From Lytechinus pictus (taxonomy: Eukaryota): a stretch of DNA of 64,000 nucleotides. Below, piece after piece: positions 1-13,700 of the stretch. Positions within the stretch are counted from its first letter, which is position 1; every line of letters starts with the position of its first letter. The notes under the pieces were generated by a model. It searched no databases. It was not told the DNA's origin and was given only the letters and a program-made list of their open reading frames with translations. A program made the position numbers and the translations under genes. Location: assembly GCF_037042905.1 (NCBI RefSeq), contig NC_087251.1:22878001-22942000 (forward strand). The letters run 5' to 3'.

Positions 1-1612
1 TTGCAAGATACATTTTCTTGCCTCGTGAATGTACAAAAAGTTTATTTTAATATGGAAAAATATGGTTTCTCATCAAGTTGACTTATGAAAAGTTGTAAGT
101 TAACATGGCAAGATATGCTATCTCACCAAGTCGACATAAAAACAATTGTATGTCAACACGGCGGGATAAATTATCCCTCCATCTCTACAAGGCGATGGCA
201 CTTTAAAGCTTCTTCCTTCAATCCACCCACCTCACCCATCCATCCATGTATCTATCTATACATATATGTATTATTTACTGATTAAATTCCTTCCATGGGT
301 GCTCCTTTTTACCAATATTAATAATAATAATAAGAGGGGCACCAATTGAAAATACGGAAATGGAGAAAGAGCAAAATAGTAATATGAAACTTAAGACAAA
401 CAATTAAGGACAAAGCCAGTAACAACATTTACATTAAAAAATGATAAGTGTTTCAGTGGTAAGTGAATTTATTGAAAAGATAAAATTGAATCAACTGCAT
501 ATTAAATTAGCACAAAACATCTATAACTACATGTATAGAAATAAAGTTGATTATATAAAGCAAGATTATTAGAGATTATAAATCTATATGAAACATAAGT
601 AATGCATTCAATATCAAATCACAACTGCAATTTGCATCATTGATTGTTCTATAAGTTCAGAGTAAGAATAAACTCAAACTACACATACTTTTAAAATTAA
701 TCATAGGCAAGATCAATAAAAAAAAAATGATTTGGCATAAATTGGCAGAATAGAAATCAACTTAAATATCATTTGTGCTTATCAATCCTGTAATGAAGAT
801 TTTGGAAAGCAGGAAAGGCTAATTTGATAGAAAAAAATAGGCTAAACTATTTGATATTTTGTTTTGATTTTATCACCAACGTCATTGTTATCTCAAATCT
901 CATCAAAGTAAAAGCTGATGAAATGAAATACAACCATGCACTATATGTGGAGAGGGTTAAAGAGTACAAAGTATTACCCAATTATTGGCTGCTATGATGG
1001 GCAATTGTATGTACCCAGAGGTGATTTATTTAATCAGTGCTAGTAGACCCCAAGATTAATTCATGATGCGTAGTACTGATGAGAATCACAGAGAACAAAT
1101 AGCACTACTATGAACTACTACTACTACAATCCCTTAATGCTTTGAATATCTCAACTGATTCTGAATATCTGTATATTTTTTGATAATATAAGTTCAACAA
1201 TATAAAATAGTCACTTTCTAAGCATAGATTCTTAAACAGAAAACTATGAAATAAAAATCAGCAACATGATAAGTATACAATTTAAGTAATTATGGTCAAT
1301 GAGAGATAGTACTTGATACAAAAGACATTACATTAAAAGGCACCAATGTTAGATGCAAGAATTTTTTTTGAAACACATGATTAATGACTACAAAGTTTTG
1401 CTGAAATGAGTCTTATCCCAGTTTAGTACTGCTTTATTTTCTATGATCAACTACATACTACATAAAATTTCTTCATATAAACATCTACAGAGTACAAAAC
1501 CCTCTCTAAAATCATGTCAAATTATGCATTCATTGCATATTAAGAGACATTTCCTTGACCAATATTCACAGAGACTATCTCTCTCAAAGGGAATCATCTC
1601 ACTTTTGTTGAA

Positions 1613-1759
1613 CTACTGGAACCTGATCTGGTGGACATCAACGGCGCCATCGATGACCAGGGTGTTGACGTTCTGACATGCGATACGATGGGCATAATCC
1701 AAGTAGTGCTGGCCATTGACAGCAACCTTGTAACCATTTGCATCACACATGATGATAAG
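1613..1759 (-). CDS. Galectin last coding exon ([19 protein letters not shown]...QIRFQ*)
   Basis: cttcag acceptor, stop TAG at 1615-1613; AATAAA on the minus strand near 1433-1438. Confidence 0.94.
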   Translation of the reverse strand, partial: LIIMCDANGYKVAVNGQHYLDYAHRIACQNVNTLVIDGAVDVHQIRFQ

Positions 1760-4700
1760 CTGAAGAAGTAGAAGAAAGAAACTGTAGCTCAAAACCAACT
1801 ATTCACCAGCACTGGCTTTGTGCCAATACTGTGGTAACACATCCGCAGTCATCCAAATCGTTGTATCACACATATGACAGTGCAAACCCATTTTAGAGAA
1901 AATTGACTTAAAAGTTGACTATAATTTCTACACTTTGTTCCCCAGCCTTTTCAACATTTTCAATGATAGAAAAATACATGGTTGGAAAGACTTAGACAAT
2001 TGATCAGCATTGGTATCTTTATTCTAACACAAATCCAGGATCAAAGAAAATATCGCAAAAGAGCTACATGCTTGTACTTTTGGTGTGAGCGATTTAGATT
2101 TTCCCTGTACAAAAACGCCATAGGGGAACAACCCTGACCGCGATTTCCATGCGTGCAATCAGTCAAAACGTCGCTTTTTCTCGTGCAAAGTCAAAGCAGT
2201 GCTGATACGATGGTTTGACTGACTGCACATTTGCTTATTAAGTGCATGCAGCTGTTGTTTGCTTCGCTACAGTACACGTTTCCTATTGGAATTGCGCATT
2301 TTATCAACAATTTGTATGGCATCGCCATGAAAATGCCCACATATCTCAGAAACTAAAATAAATTGCTGCCTAGAAATTTAAGTATGTATAGAATAGGACT
2401 TTTACTTTCATTTTTTAAAACCAATATTGACTGATACAATGGTTTGGATGAACGCCGACTATATGAACCATGTTACTTTATAAAGTATGATATAATAAAA
2501 GGAAAAAAATCTACAGGGCAAGGTTCTATTATCACACTGTAATGAACTTAAAGCCAATATATTTTTTAATTCAGTAATATATATACATATTTATTGTCCA
2601 TACATATAATGTATATACTTAGTAGGCATCAATTTCATGCCTGTCTTCATTTTCTGATTATGAATGAAATTGAATTCCCTTTTTAGCTTGACAAGAGCCA
2701 TATCATGATTATTTTTTTCATTATGTTTCCTTACATGAACAATAAGAGCTGACCAGACAATTGCATGTACTGAAATAAAATCTTATTTCTAGAATGAATT
2801 AGAATACTCAGTGTGGAGCGTTGTGGCCCAGTGGATTAGTCTTCTGACTTTGAAAACAGAGGGTCGTGGGTTTGAATCCCAGCCATGGCGTAATTTCCTT
2901 CAGCAAGAAATTTATCTACATTGTGCTGCACTCAACCCAGGTGAGATGAATAGGTACCTGGCAGGAATTTATTCCTTGAAATGCTACCGCGCTGTAAAAA
3001 AGGCTGGGGGGCTAAAGCCAGGGTAATTATGTCCAAGTCCTTCGGAAGCGCATAGGGACGTTATGACATGTGATATATGCTATACAAGAACTGCATTATT
3101 ATTATTATTATTACAGGTCCTGAAAAGGGAATAAAAAGTAGCACAAGAGATAAATCATGCAAAGAATAGAAAGAGTGAGAAAAGAAAGAAAAAAAAATAG
3201 CATAAAAAAAAAATATCAAAAAGGAGAGAGCAAGATGAACAAAATTTCCCAACCGACAATGTACAGGAGTGATACATACCTCAAAGAATCCATTTGGAGC
3301 AAATGGGAAGTATGAGGCATTCCTCTCCTCGCTGCCCCAAGACTGACTCCTCAGTGTGTTGCGTACAACCGTCTGGGCTTGGAATCGAGGATTGAAGTGA
3401 AAGGCAATGTCTGGCCGAGGACTCACGCCTGCACCACACTGGAGGTTCACATGGAACCTGCGGTATTCATGAAATAAAATTGATTTCATACTTTTATACA
3501 ACAAATTTAAGCAATGCATTAACAATGATCTGTTTTAGAATGTCATCAGCCATCAGATTGGTCAAAAGTGAAGTCGTGGATTGTAAAGCAATTGTAAAGC
3601 AATGAACTATGCTCATTACTATGAAACAATGGGCATAATAAAGAGGAAAGACACATGTTGTCCCAAATAAGGGGTAGAGTTAAGTTCTGCTGAGATGTCT
3701 ATTTACTTTAATACATGTATGTACACAATCAGCTTTGTGCAATAAATGTGGAAATTGTTGGCTAAATTTACCATCAGACAACTTGTGTAAAGTTCTTGTG
3801 CAAACAAATTCACACCTGGATAATGGCTTACTGCCACAATGGATATCAAATAGAGCAGTAAATAAATTGAAATTCCAATCATTAGATAATGAATCTTTAT
3901 CAATTGTAGAAGAGAGTGCAATATATTTCAGATCTGAAAATGGTGAAGGCATTTTCCATGTTACTTCAATTTTATCCTTATTCCCTTCTCACCTGTCTGG
4001 ATTGGCTCGTACTTTTCCACTGATAAAGACGAGTCTACCTGGAGTCATTCCACCAACGATTGCTCCGGTATATGGCATCGGCTGTGACGAAAGGAAAAAG
4101 AAAATGTAATATTACTCTATACTTTGCGAAACATTCTTGCAGGCCTGTTGAAGTCTACTCTTGAGTTTTACTTCAAATCGGAATGGGTACACTATGCAAC
4201 ATGATTGCATTAAGATCTAATAGCAACAAGTTTCCAATCCCATCTCAGTGCAATCGCATTGCAGGCCAGTGCACACATTGCAACAGCTCTGTAGCGTGCT
4301 ACATCTCACGGCGTCTCCTCTTTTGTACGTATATTGTTTGCATTGCAGCAGCGCAGCATATTGGCCATGACGTCATCATCTAGGGCAAATCTGATTAGCT
4401 GAAATTAGGTCTACAATCCTACTGCAACAAAGCGGGTCGCAGTTGCAGCGCGTTGTACGCTGCGCACACTCTGTGATTTTCTTGCAATCGCATCACATAG
4501 TGTGCGCTGGGCTTTACACACAAAAGATGCAAAAAACAATAAGTAGGAAATGCTTAAAAACTTTACACCCAAATTAGCAATCATATACTAAATCCATTCC
4601 CAACATTATTCATTTCAACTCACTCAATTAATGAAGTTCAGTTCATGGCGATAGAAAAAATACATGGTAGATACTGCTAAATTAAATATCCTCCACCACA

Positions 4701-7700
4701 AATTTTGTGAAATAAGCACTATTCATACCCTTGCCCCACAAGGGATTAACATTATTCGTTAGTGTTTAGTAACCATTTAATCTCCCCTTTTATACATTTC
4801 CATATGTTACATTTCACACTCTTATAATATCTTCCCTGACTTTCACTGGTTAGTATCAGTATTTGTCATCTTTATACTCTCTTACATGGTCATATACAGG
4901 GGGGTGGATCCCCCCCCCAGCTAGACACTTCAAAAACTCAAAAAGAATATTTAACTTAAAATTTTCACAAAATTAACCCAAATCCTTCAATTTGACTTTA
5001 GGAAATGCAAAAGCAGCCCTAAAATAGGGGTCAAAGAGTGTCAACAGAATGGCTAGAGAAAGTTCAACAGTAGAAAATACTTAAGAGATCAAAAATAAAT
5101 AAATAAAACAAATTAAAAAGCAGGAGCCATATATTGCAACAGAATAGTAGCCAGAAGAAAGGGCTACATGTACATGGAAACGATAATGTTATTGTGGAGG
5201 TGCTGTGGGCGAGTGGTCCGCGTTGCCTGACTGGACATATGAATGTTCAGGATTCAACTTCCAGCCATGGAACCTTAGGCAAGGCATTTCTGTATACTGC
5301 CATTTATCATACATTGAATACATGAAAATGCAACAGGCACTTTAAACATAATGCTTATGTTTTTTTCTTATGTGATGACACATTGAGAATCAATAAAGGA
5401 AATGAAGGAAAGAAGAGTTGAAGGTTCAGAACAGGATTTTGTGTTTGATGTTCACTCATCATGGACTGTAGTAGGACTTCATAGGCATATATGAACAGAA
5501 CCAAAAAAAAAGCATATTAGGAAGACCATCAACCAGCACTGAGCAACAGACTCTCCATTAATCCTCAGTTGCAATCATTTGTCTGCGCTGGGCAAAAAAT
5601 CAGCAAGTACAAAAAGAAACAACAAATTAACCAAGCGTGGCAATTGTGACCGCTTACCTGAAAACCCGCAATGACTGGTGGGTGTTTCATAAAGCTGTTT
5701 GTAAGTTAATCGCGACTTTAAGAATGACTGGTGATCCTTTCTTGTGGTAAATGGTATATTGAATTGATGATTATTTAGTGCGTTAGAAGGGTTAACCAGT
5801 CGTTCTTAAAGTCGCTCTTAACTTGTGAACAGCTTTTATCAAACTGCCCCCTGGGCCATAACAAATTTGGCGAATGTATATAGCTTGAAAAAGACCAAAG
5901 TAAGTTTAAAATGATCTATATTTTTGATATTGATAATAATATTTCAGAAAATTGTAATTGTACAAGAATTTCAGAAATGGATTCAAAGAAGGAGAAAACA
6001 AAATTTGGAATTTGAGGTTCATTTAAGAATGATAATGATAATGTGCATACTGCACAAGACCTGTTGATAATCTGAGAAGTCAGAAAAAAATCTTTACAAA
6101 TCTCTTGTTTATAATTATTTCAGATAAGCTAATTTCTAAATGCTTGGAATATATTATTTGAGCTTATTACAAAGAACCTTGCCTCATGACTTACTGTGGG
6201 TTTTGAGATGAAGGCTCACAGATGACATATAATAGCAATACAATTTGCACATAAACAATCATTAAATTTCCATGGTTTGTAGGCATATAATCTTAGCTTA
6301 TCAAGGGTCCAGTCCACAACAAAAATTTGAATTGAATGAAGAGAAATCAAACAAGTATAACCCTGAAAGTGTATGGCGTAAAACTTTTAAAGAAAGTTTA
6401 CATTTTCAAATTTCACTTACTTTCACAAAACAATGATTCATGTAAGCCTACTGAAAATGAGAAGTCATCAATAGATGTTTCATTGTGAATCAGTGAATAG
6501 TTTCTGTATCAAGAAACCCAGGACAAAACTCTATTGACACCAACTGAATTTGGGTTCCTTTCATGATATGGGTTTGATTTCAATTGGTCCAATTATTATT
6601 TTATTTGTTTAAATTGATGACCAGAACGTGTTAACTTCCCATTGGTCTAATATGATTTCAATGCCAATCTTAAGTACAATCCAATAGTTCAAAAGTTATA
6701 ATTTTGTGATAAACTTTAATAGTAATATATTATCAATTATAAATTTCCAGGAAAAATCAGAATATCGCACCATGCTGTCGTGTGGCATATTTGGTCGCAG
6801 GGACCGTAACCAGCAACCGATGTAATCATGCTGTGAAAGCATTTTATCGGCGACCGATCCTTTTGGTAAAAAACGATCGGTCGCTGTGTACGGTCTGAGA
6901 AGTACTTCAGCGACCGATCGCGACCGATCAAAATGCAATGTCATACCCTATTCATCCTTTGTGACGTCAATGCACATAGCGTAGAATATGCGCAGATCAT
7001 GATGCACACAAACTTACAGTGACCAATTGCTCTGGGCCTGACCAAATTTTTGCAGCGGTGTGAAAACACGTCCGATCAACCGCTGGGTATGGTCGCAGAG
7101 ACCTTACCCAGCGACCGTTCCTTGGTGTGAAAGCAGTATTAAAAATGTCATAACTTTCTTATTTTACCTTTGATTTTTTTTTTTTTTCACTGTTATGCTT
7201 GCTTGATTTTTATCTATTTATTCAAATCAATTTGTCTTTGGGGCAGACTTGACCTTTAATACATTGAATAAACACCAACATAGAGCGCAAAAAAAAAACC
7301 TGCAAAAAATGAGTATCCTCATTAGCAAAGACATCCTATTCATGTTTTGTATATAAACCTGAAGCTTAGATAGGCAACGCCATGCACATTCAGTTATGAT
7401 AACATGATTTGAAAATTCTCATCAAATGTATTTCAGAGTTGAATTAATAAAGAAAGAGTTTTGTTCATCTTTAATGTGTTAAAAAGTTGGCTTGGCATGG
7501 AAGAGTAGACAAAGCATGAATGAATTACTCATGAGGAATCTCATTTGAATAGGTATTTATGATACCACAAAACCATGTGCACAACATCTTCACCTGATTT
7601 GCAGTTGTTGACTTCATGTACTATAATTTTCCAAATCAAACAAAACAAAGAAAAAAAATCCAATATTTACATATATAAAACCCTTATATCAACTTTTCAA

Positions 7701-10700
7701 TGCTGACAGCTTTCATGAAAGAGTACCCTGATCTGAATTAATGGCCAGAAAAGCAAGGTACAATTAAACAAATCAAAGAAAAAAAGAGAGAAAAAAATCA
7801 TATAAATTGATTTAATATCAACTTAACAATTAACAAAATATAAAACAAATGTAAATGTATGCAATGATCAGAAATGACAAGATGTACGCACAAAAAAAGG
7901 ACAGCCTATCAAATATATCCAAACTAAACTACATGGACTTAATTTGAGAACAAAATCACTTAAGTTCACAATCGACAGGCCAAGCTTAAAGTTATATCCT
8001 TTTAGAATTTCCAGTCTGATAACCCAAATCAAATTGAAAATGTCTATTTCTTAAAACAGTTTATGAACCAAAGGCCAACACCCATTATTACATAAACCCT
8101 TATCTGCATGGCTTTCAAAATCATAACTCTATTGACATTATTGATCTACATGTATTTCCTTTTCACCTTTAATATCTATTGAAAACAAACACCATTTTCC
8201 TTCCTATGATAAGGATATACCTTTAATAGACCAGGATATCCTATTGACAACTTTTCTCAGGACTTGAAGCATAAAATGTGAATTTATTACAACAAACAGA
8301 GTAATATAACTCACTGTGTCAGAAGTGTTAAAGCAAATTTTTGCATACCATTCCTGGACATGGCTATATTTGGTAATTGTAATTTAACATGCATTAAATT
8401 GGACTGGATAAAAGTGAGCACGTCACAAAAGATATCATAGAATGATGGTTCTCAAACAGTTTCTAATTCCCAATGATTAATTCCCTGGTAGGACTACAAC
8501 ATCTCTTTACTTACCGGGTTGACAGTGCTACCTGATCCATGGATGTACTGAAATTAAATTCAAGAAATGAAAACAAAATCATTATTGGGTGAAAAACTAT
8601 AACTTTATTTGTAGGTTATCATCAAACATGTCAATACTCTGCATGGATATTAGATATTGATGCACGGATAAAAGTCCATGGATGTACAGAAATTAAAGTC
8701 AAGAAATGAAAAAAAATCAATATTAGGTGGAAAAATACAACTTAAAGGTTACATTAAAACATGTAAATACTCTGTATAAATATTAGACATTAGGGAGTTT
8801 TTGTAACAACTACATGTACGCAGACACTTTCTGGAACATGGAGAATCTATTGTCAATTGCCCTTCGTGACACACAAGTCTTTGTCAAAAATCGGTGAATC
8901 AAAACAGCAGTGTCATCCTGGGGAGTGTTTCATCAACATTTTCATCCAACAAGTTGTCAGATCTGACATCTTTCTCTGATGTTGATTGGATAAGAGGTAC
9001 TGTTACTATGGTAACTGTCGGATAAAATGGGACTTGTCGGATAAAACGTCCGACAAGTCCTTTCATGAAACGCCCCCCTGAACTCTGGACAAACAACATA
9101 TTTGTAATTTTTCATCAGCTCAGAATTTTACGACTGGTCATCAGCTGTCCTGGTTTACCAACTACCGACAAAGTGCTCTAAGCTGTTCATTCTGATTTGA
9201 CATGCTTCTTCAATAGATTTACTATGTTGTAGAATCTGTACCCGTTGCAATTGTGAAAACTCGCTATTGATACTGATGCACAGATAAAAATCATTAATTT
9301 TAGTTTACTGGCAAATCATGGAATTTATAGTACACAGCATATGGGAGAGTAAATTGCCTGCAAATTACACCCCCCAAAAAAAAATCTCGGACAGTATCAA
9401 AAATTTCAATTCATTTCTCTCATTTTTTTTCCTGCTTTCATAAGAACCAACTTGTTGTATCAGGAAGGACTTTCTATTGAAGTGAAATTTTACTGTGAAA
9501 CACCCCCCCCCCTTCATGAATCAAAATACATGTATAATGGACTTACCCCGGCAGCCTGTCCCTGGAACCGTACAGAGTGAATATTCACCTTACCATCAAT
9601 GGCAATGGTATCGATGCGTTTTAGGTTCTTGACACGGTGGTTGTACTCAAGGAAATGCTGGCCATTCACAGCAACCTATAGGGAAAACAGTCCAAAGTGA
9701 AACGGGCCTTCAAAACTAACTTATTTCAGCAGATGTGTAGTAATTACCTTAATTGGATGAGCCTGCACCTACGAATATTTTGCTTTACAGAAATGCGGTG
9801 GATCATCAAATCACGGGGAAATGAAATAATGTGGGCATTGTACATGCATGGCTTGTTTTAATCATCCATCATCATACATTTGTCATGCATGCCACTTGGA
9901 CTAATGCATTGAAGGTTCTAACAGCACAAATTTGAATGAACATGGGCTGTTCAACAGTTTCAGGTTCTCACATTTCTGCAGAATCATATTACATTCTATA
10001 GTTGGACCCTTAGCAGGTCTTATGACAGATAACCAACCAGCAGAAAAATCCTGTACATTGCTCACACATTTCAAAACAAGAAGATAATTTTGGTTGGTGA
10101 GTTTAGCTGATTAATCCATTACTCTCTCCCAGACATGTAGCTGAAATTCCTGAAAATGTAATACCATTCAAGCTCCGTTGGAGAGCTCTCTATTCAAATC
10201 ATTTAGTTTGCTATGACAAGCTGATGGAAATCTCAATGTAATTTTCAGAACATATAGGGCAATTAATCTTGGTACATGATTAATATTAAACCACGGTGTA
10301 ATTCAAGACGAATGAATGAATATTTTAATTGACCCATGCCATGATTTCAGTGAGTGAATTTTAATGAGCATATGCCAAAGACTGAATTTGGAACCCGGAA
10401 TGTTATAATACCTTGAACTGGTTGGCTTCACAGAGGATGATGATCTCAAAGTTCTGGTTGAAAGCAAAAGGGAAGTGAGACTGGCCCCTCTCTTCTGCTC
10501 CCCACTGTTGATTCTTCAGGGTGTTTCGCACACACACGTTAGCCCCAAAGCGTGGGTTGAAGTGCAGGGCGATGTCTGATCGTGGATTCTTGCTGGTACC
10601 ACACTGCAAGTTGATGTGGAATCTATTCAAAAAGAGAAGAAATATAGTTATTTGATAGTGCACTTTACCTTGTTGCCAGGAGACTATGATGCAGTAAATA

Positions 10701-13700
10701 AACTAATTACTAAATTCTAAGGCCCGTATTCTGAAGTCGGGTTTAAAGTTGTGGTTTAAGTATGGCGAGCCAATTGTTACATAAATCACTAACAGTAGAG
10801 ATATCATACTTCAGCTCATTTGGCTCTCAAATCATTCATAATGGTCTAGGAAGAATAAAAAGATTATTGGTTCACCATCCATGAATCAGGAAAGAGCAAA
10901 GTAAACATAAGAAACATACAACTTAATAACAAATTTGATACTTTTGGCTTCCCATACTTAAACCACAACTTTAAACCTGAGTTTAACTTAAACCCGACTT
11001 CAGAATACGGGCCAATGTGATTCTCTTAAATATCTCCTTCATTCCATTTTTTTATGAAGAGAAACCAATTGAAAGTTATACTGTCTTACTTCAAGATAAT
11101 ATGCTTTTGATATTGTGCACATGTATACACTTTCAATTGCCTCTATGAAATGAGAGAATAGTAGGTCTTTAATAGCTGTATTCAAGAAATTCCACAAGAT
11201 GACCAAGGATTTTATAAAAGAGGGACATACAAAGCTCTGAATTTTTTACATTCTATACAATATTTTTATGAAACAGAAACAGAAAAGAGGTGCAATTTAT
11301 ATACATAATGTTTGCAAGTAAAATAACAATGAAAAAAAGTAAATTTAGCACATCAAATATTTAAAAACAGTATATTTAAAAACAATTAAAAGGGACTTTG
11401 TACATGTAAGTTTTGTAACATTTGTTGGACAAGCAAACAAGCAAAAAAAATCCCATCAAGGAGTGGCACTTTGCATGACACACTGTTTAAAGGGGCATAA
11501 TAGGCCTAATGTTGGGCCTAACTTATTAATTTAGATCTAACAGAATATTAGTTGTTCTGTTTAACTTTAGATCTTAACGTAGACTATTTTGGAGACTTAA
11601 GGTGGTTTCAGACCGCCTCGAAGTTCGCCAGTTCCAGGTATTCTCTGATCGGGAAATTTACCCCGATCAGAAAATACCAGGTATTTTGACGGTGTGAAAG
11701 CAAACTACGCGTAATATCCCCGAAAGAAAATACCCGATAAATAGTAGGTACTTGGCGAAATTACGAGAACTTTCGCGGGGATTTTTCCAAGGTCGTGGGT
11801 ATTTTGGCGGTCTGAAAGCAAATTACGGGAACTTTTAGCCCAGCATGTCGTTGGGTGTGGCGCCATGCATGGGTTGCTGCTGGGCTAGTGATTTTGAATT
11901 TCGTGCCTTGCTGCTTATCAGACCATACTGCGCATGCTCGTAACTTCAGGAACTTATCCCGAAGGGTATGTTTCAGGGCGGTGTGAATGCAGGAATAATT
12001 AATGGGTATTTTTCAGCCTAAAAAAGTTCTCGTAATTTAACGGGGATTCTTGTGATCGAGGCGGTTTGAAACCACCTTTAGACATATTATTGATTAATGG
12101 CTGTTTCTTTCAGCAGTGCGCAGGGCACCGGCCAGATCATGACCTAAGGCATCGTCGCACTGCGGTCCCATTGAGCCTCTGGAAACAACCATGCCTCTCA
12201 TAGCAGTCCATTTATACCCAAGTAAGATCTATTAATCCAATTTTATAGAAATGAAATGGCCATTGAATCTTTATACATCCACTGACTCTTTGTGCAATTT
12301 GGATTCTGAATTTATACATCTCGTACCTCTCTTTTGGTAATTACTTATAATACACACTTACATGCACATGTATCAGCTACAAGCACATCCTGAAATTTGC
12401 AACCCATTTCACACTTGAAAGTGGGAAAATATATAGACATTTTATTTTGATTATATACCCACAATGTAACCAACAAGACACATTTTCATTGTGTAACTTC
12501 ACATTATATACACTGTACAGCATACACTTTCATGATCCTGTATTGAATGATAAACTGTGGGATATTTACCAAAAGCCCTGCCAAAACAATATATATACCA
12601 GACTTCCCATGCAATGTTCAATGAACAGGACACAAGAGATGTTATCAACTTTGGAAAGTGGCCCATAAGATAGTTCCTGCTTGGCATACTATGCCATGGG
12701 ATATTCATTCTATAATTAAGGTTGACTGAACAAATTCATTTGGGACTTCCCACCTTCAAGTGCTTAATAAATTCTCAAGAGGATAAAATTATTTTAAGTG
12801 TTTTTTTCCTGAACATACATGTACTGTGATAAAATTCTCCCAGGAAGATTCATACACGTGTACATCTAATACTCCAGGGCTACATTTATTCAAAACCATC
12901 AAACCATGGAGTTATCATACCTCCATAATCAGACTATCAAACTTTGGACTTGAACATAAAGGGAGACAAACATTCCGTGTAGTTAGGATAGTACTTAAAA
13001 GAGAGAACGCAAACATCTTTCTTATGTAAAGACTGATGTATAATAACATATAAACACACCCCTCCTCTCTGTCTATAGACTAAGCAGGAAGAGGTTTATC
13101 AGACCTGTTGAGTCACTTATACTGGTATAAGTATGTGAATGCTCATTATAAGAAACAAGTTAAGAAAATGAAACAGAAAGTGCTTAGAGTCTTGACTGAA
13201 AAACAAGTGGTATCGTTTGATTATTATTTTTTTTCCTTTTCTTTTATTTTCTCTTTACGTCAAAATTGAAATCTTTACACTGGGCAAGCAAAAGCTGCCT
13301 TTAGTGTTCTAGCTACATGTATGTAGACCCATTTTAGTGGTGGTCGTTGTTTCACAGCATTTTACAAAGTTTTTTTCAGGCCAAGTTAGTGGTCTTAAAG
13401 CCAAAAGTGAAGGAATATCAATATAATAACAATCTGACATATAATAGCAAATCTTTGAAAATTAACTGATATTAATCAAATATAAGAATGTTTAATATAA
13501 ATTATGCATATAAATAAAACAAGATTAAAGATGAGAATGAACAAGTGCAATTCCTCTTTGCAAGGACTTAGTTTTGAAACACTTTTCATTTGAAATTAGT
13601 GGTGAACAGAAAAGAGTGTTTTTCATGAGTGGTGGTCAGAAATCTTCTGTGCCAGTTGGGCCCCGACCACTGCCGTCCAATGAAGCTATATCACTGGCCA

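Noticed and set aside
2813-2890. tRNA genes at 2813 and 55962
   Set aside because: A/B boxes are present but the cloverleaf is degenerate and followed by SINE bodies and tails
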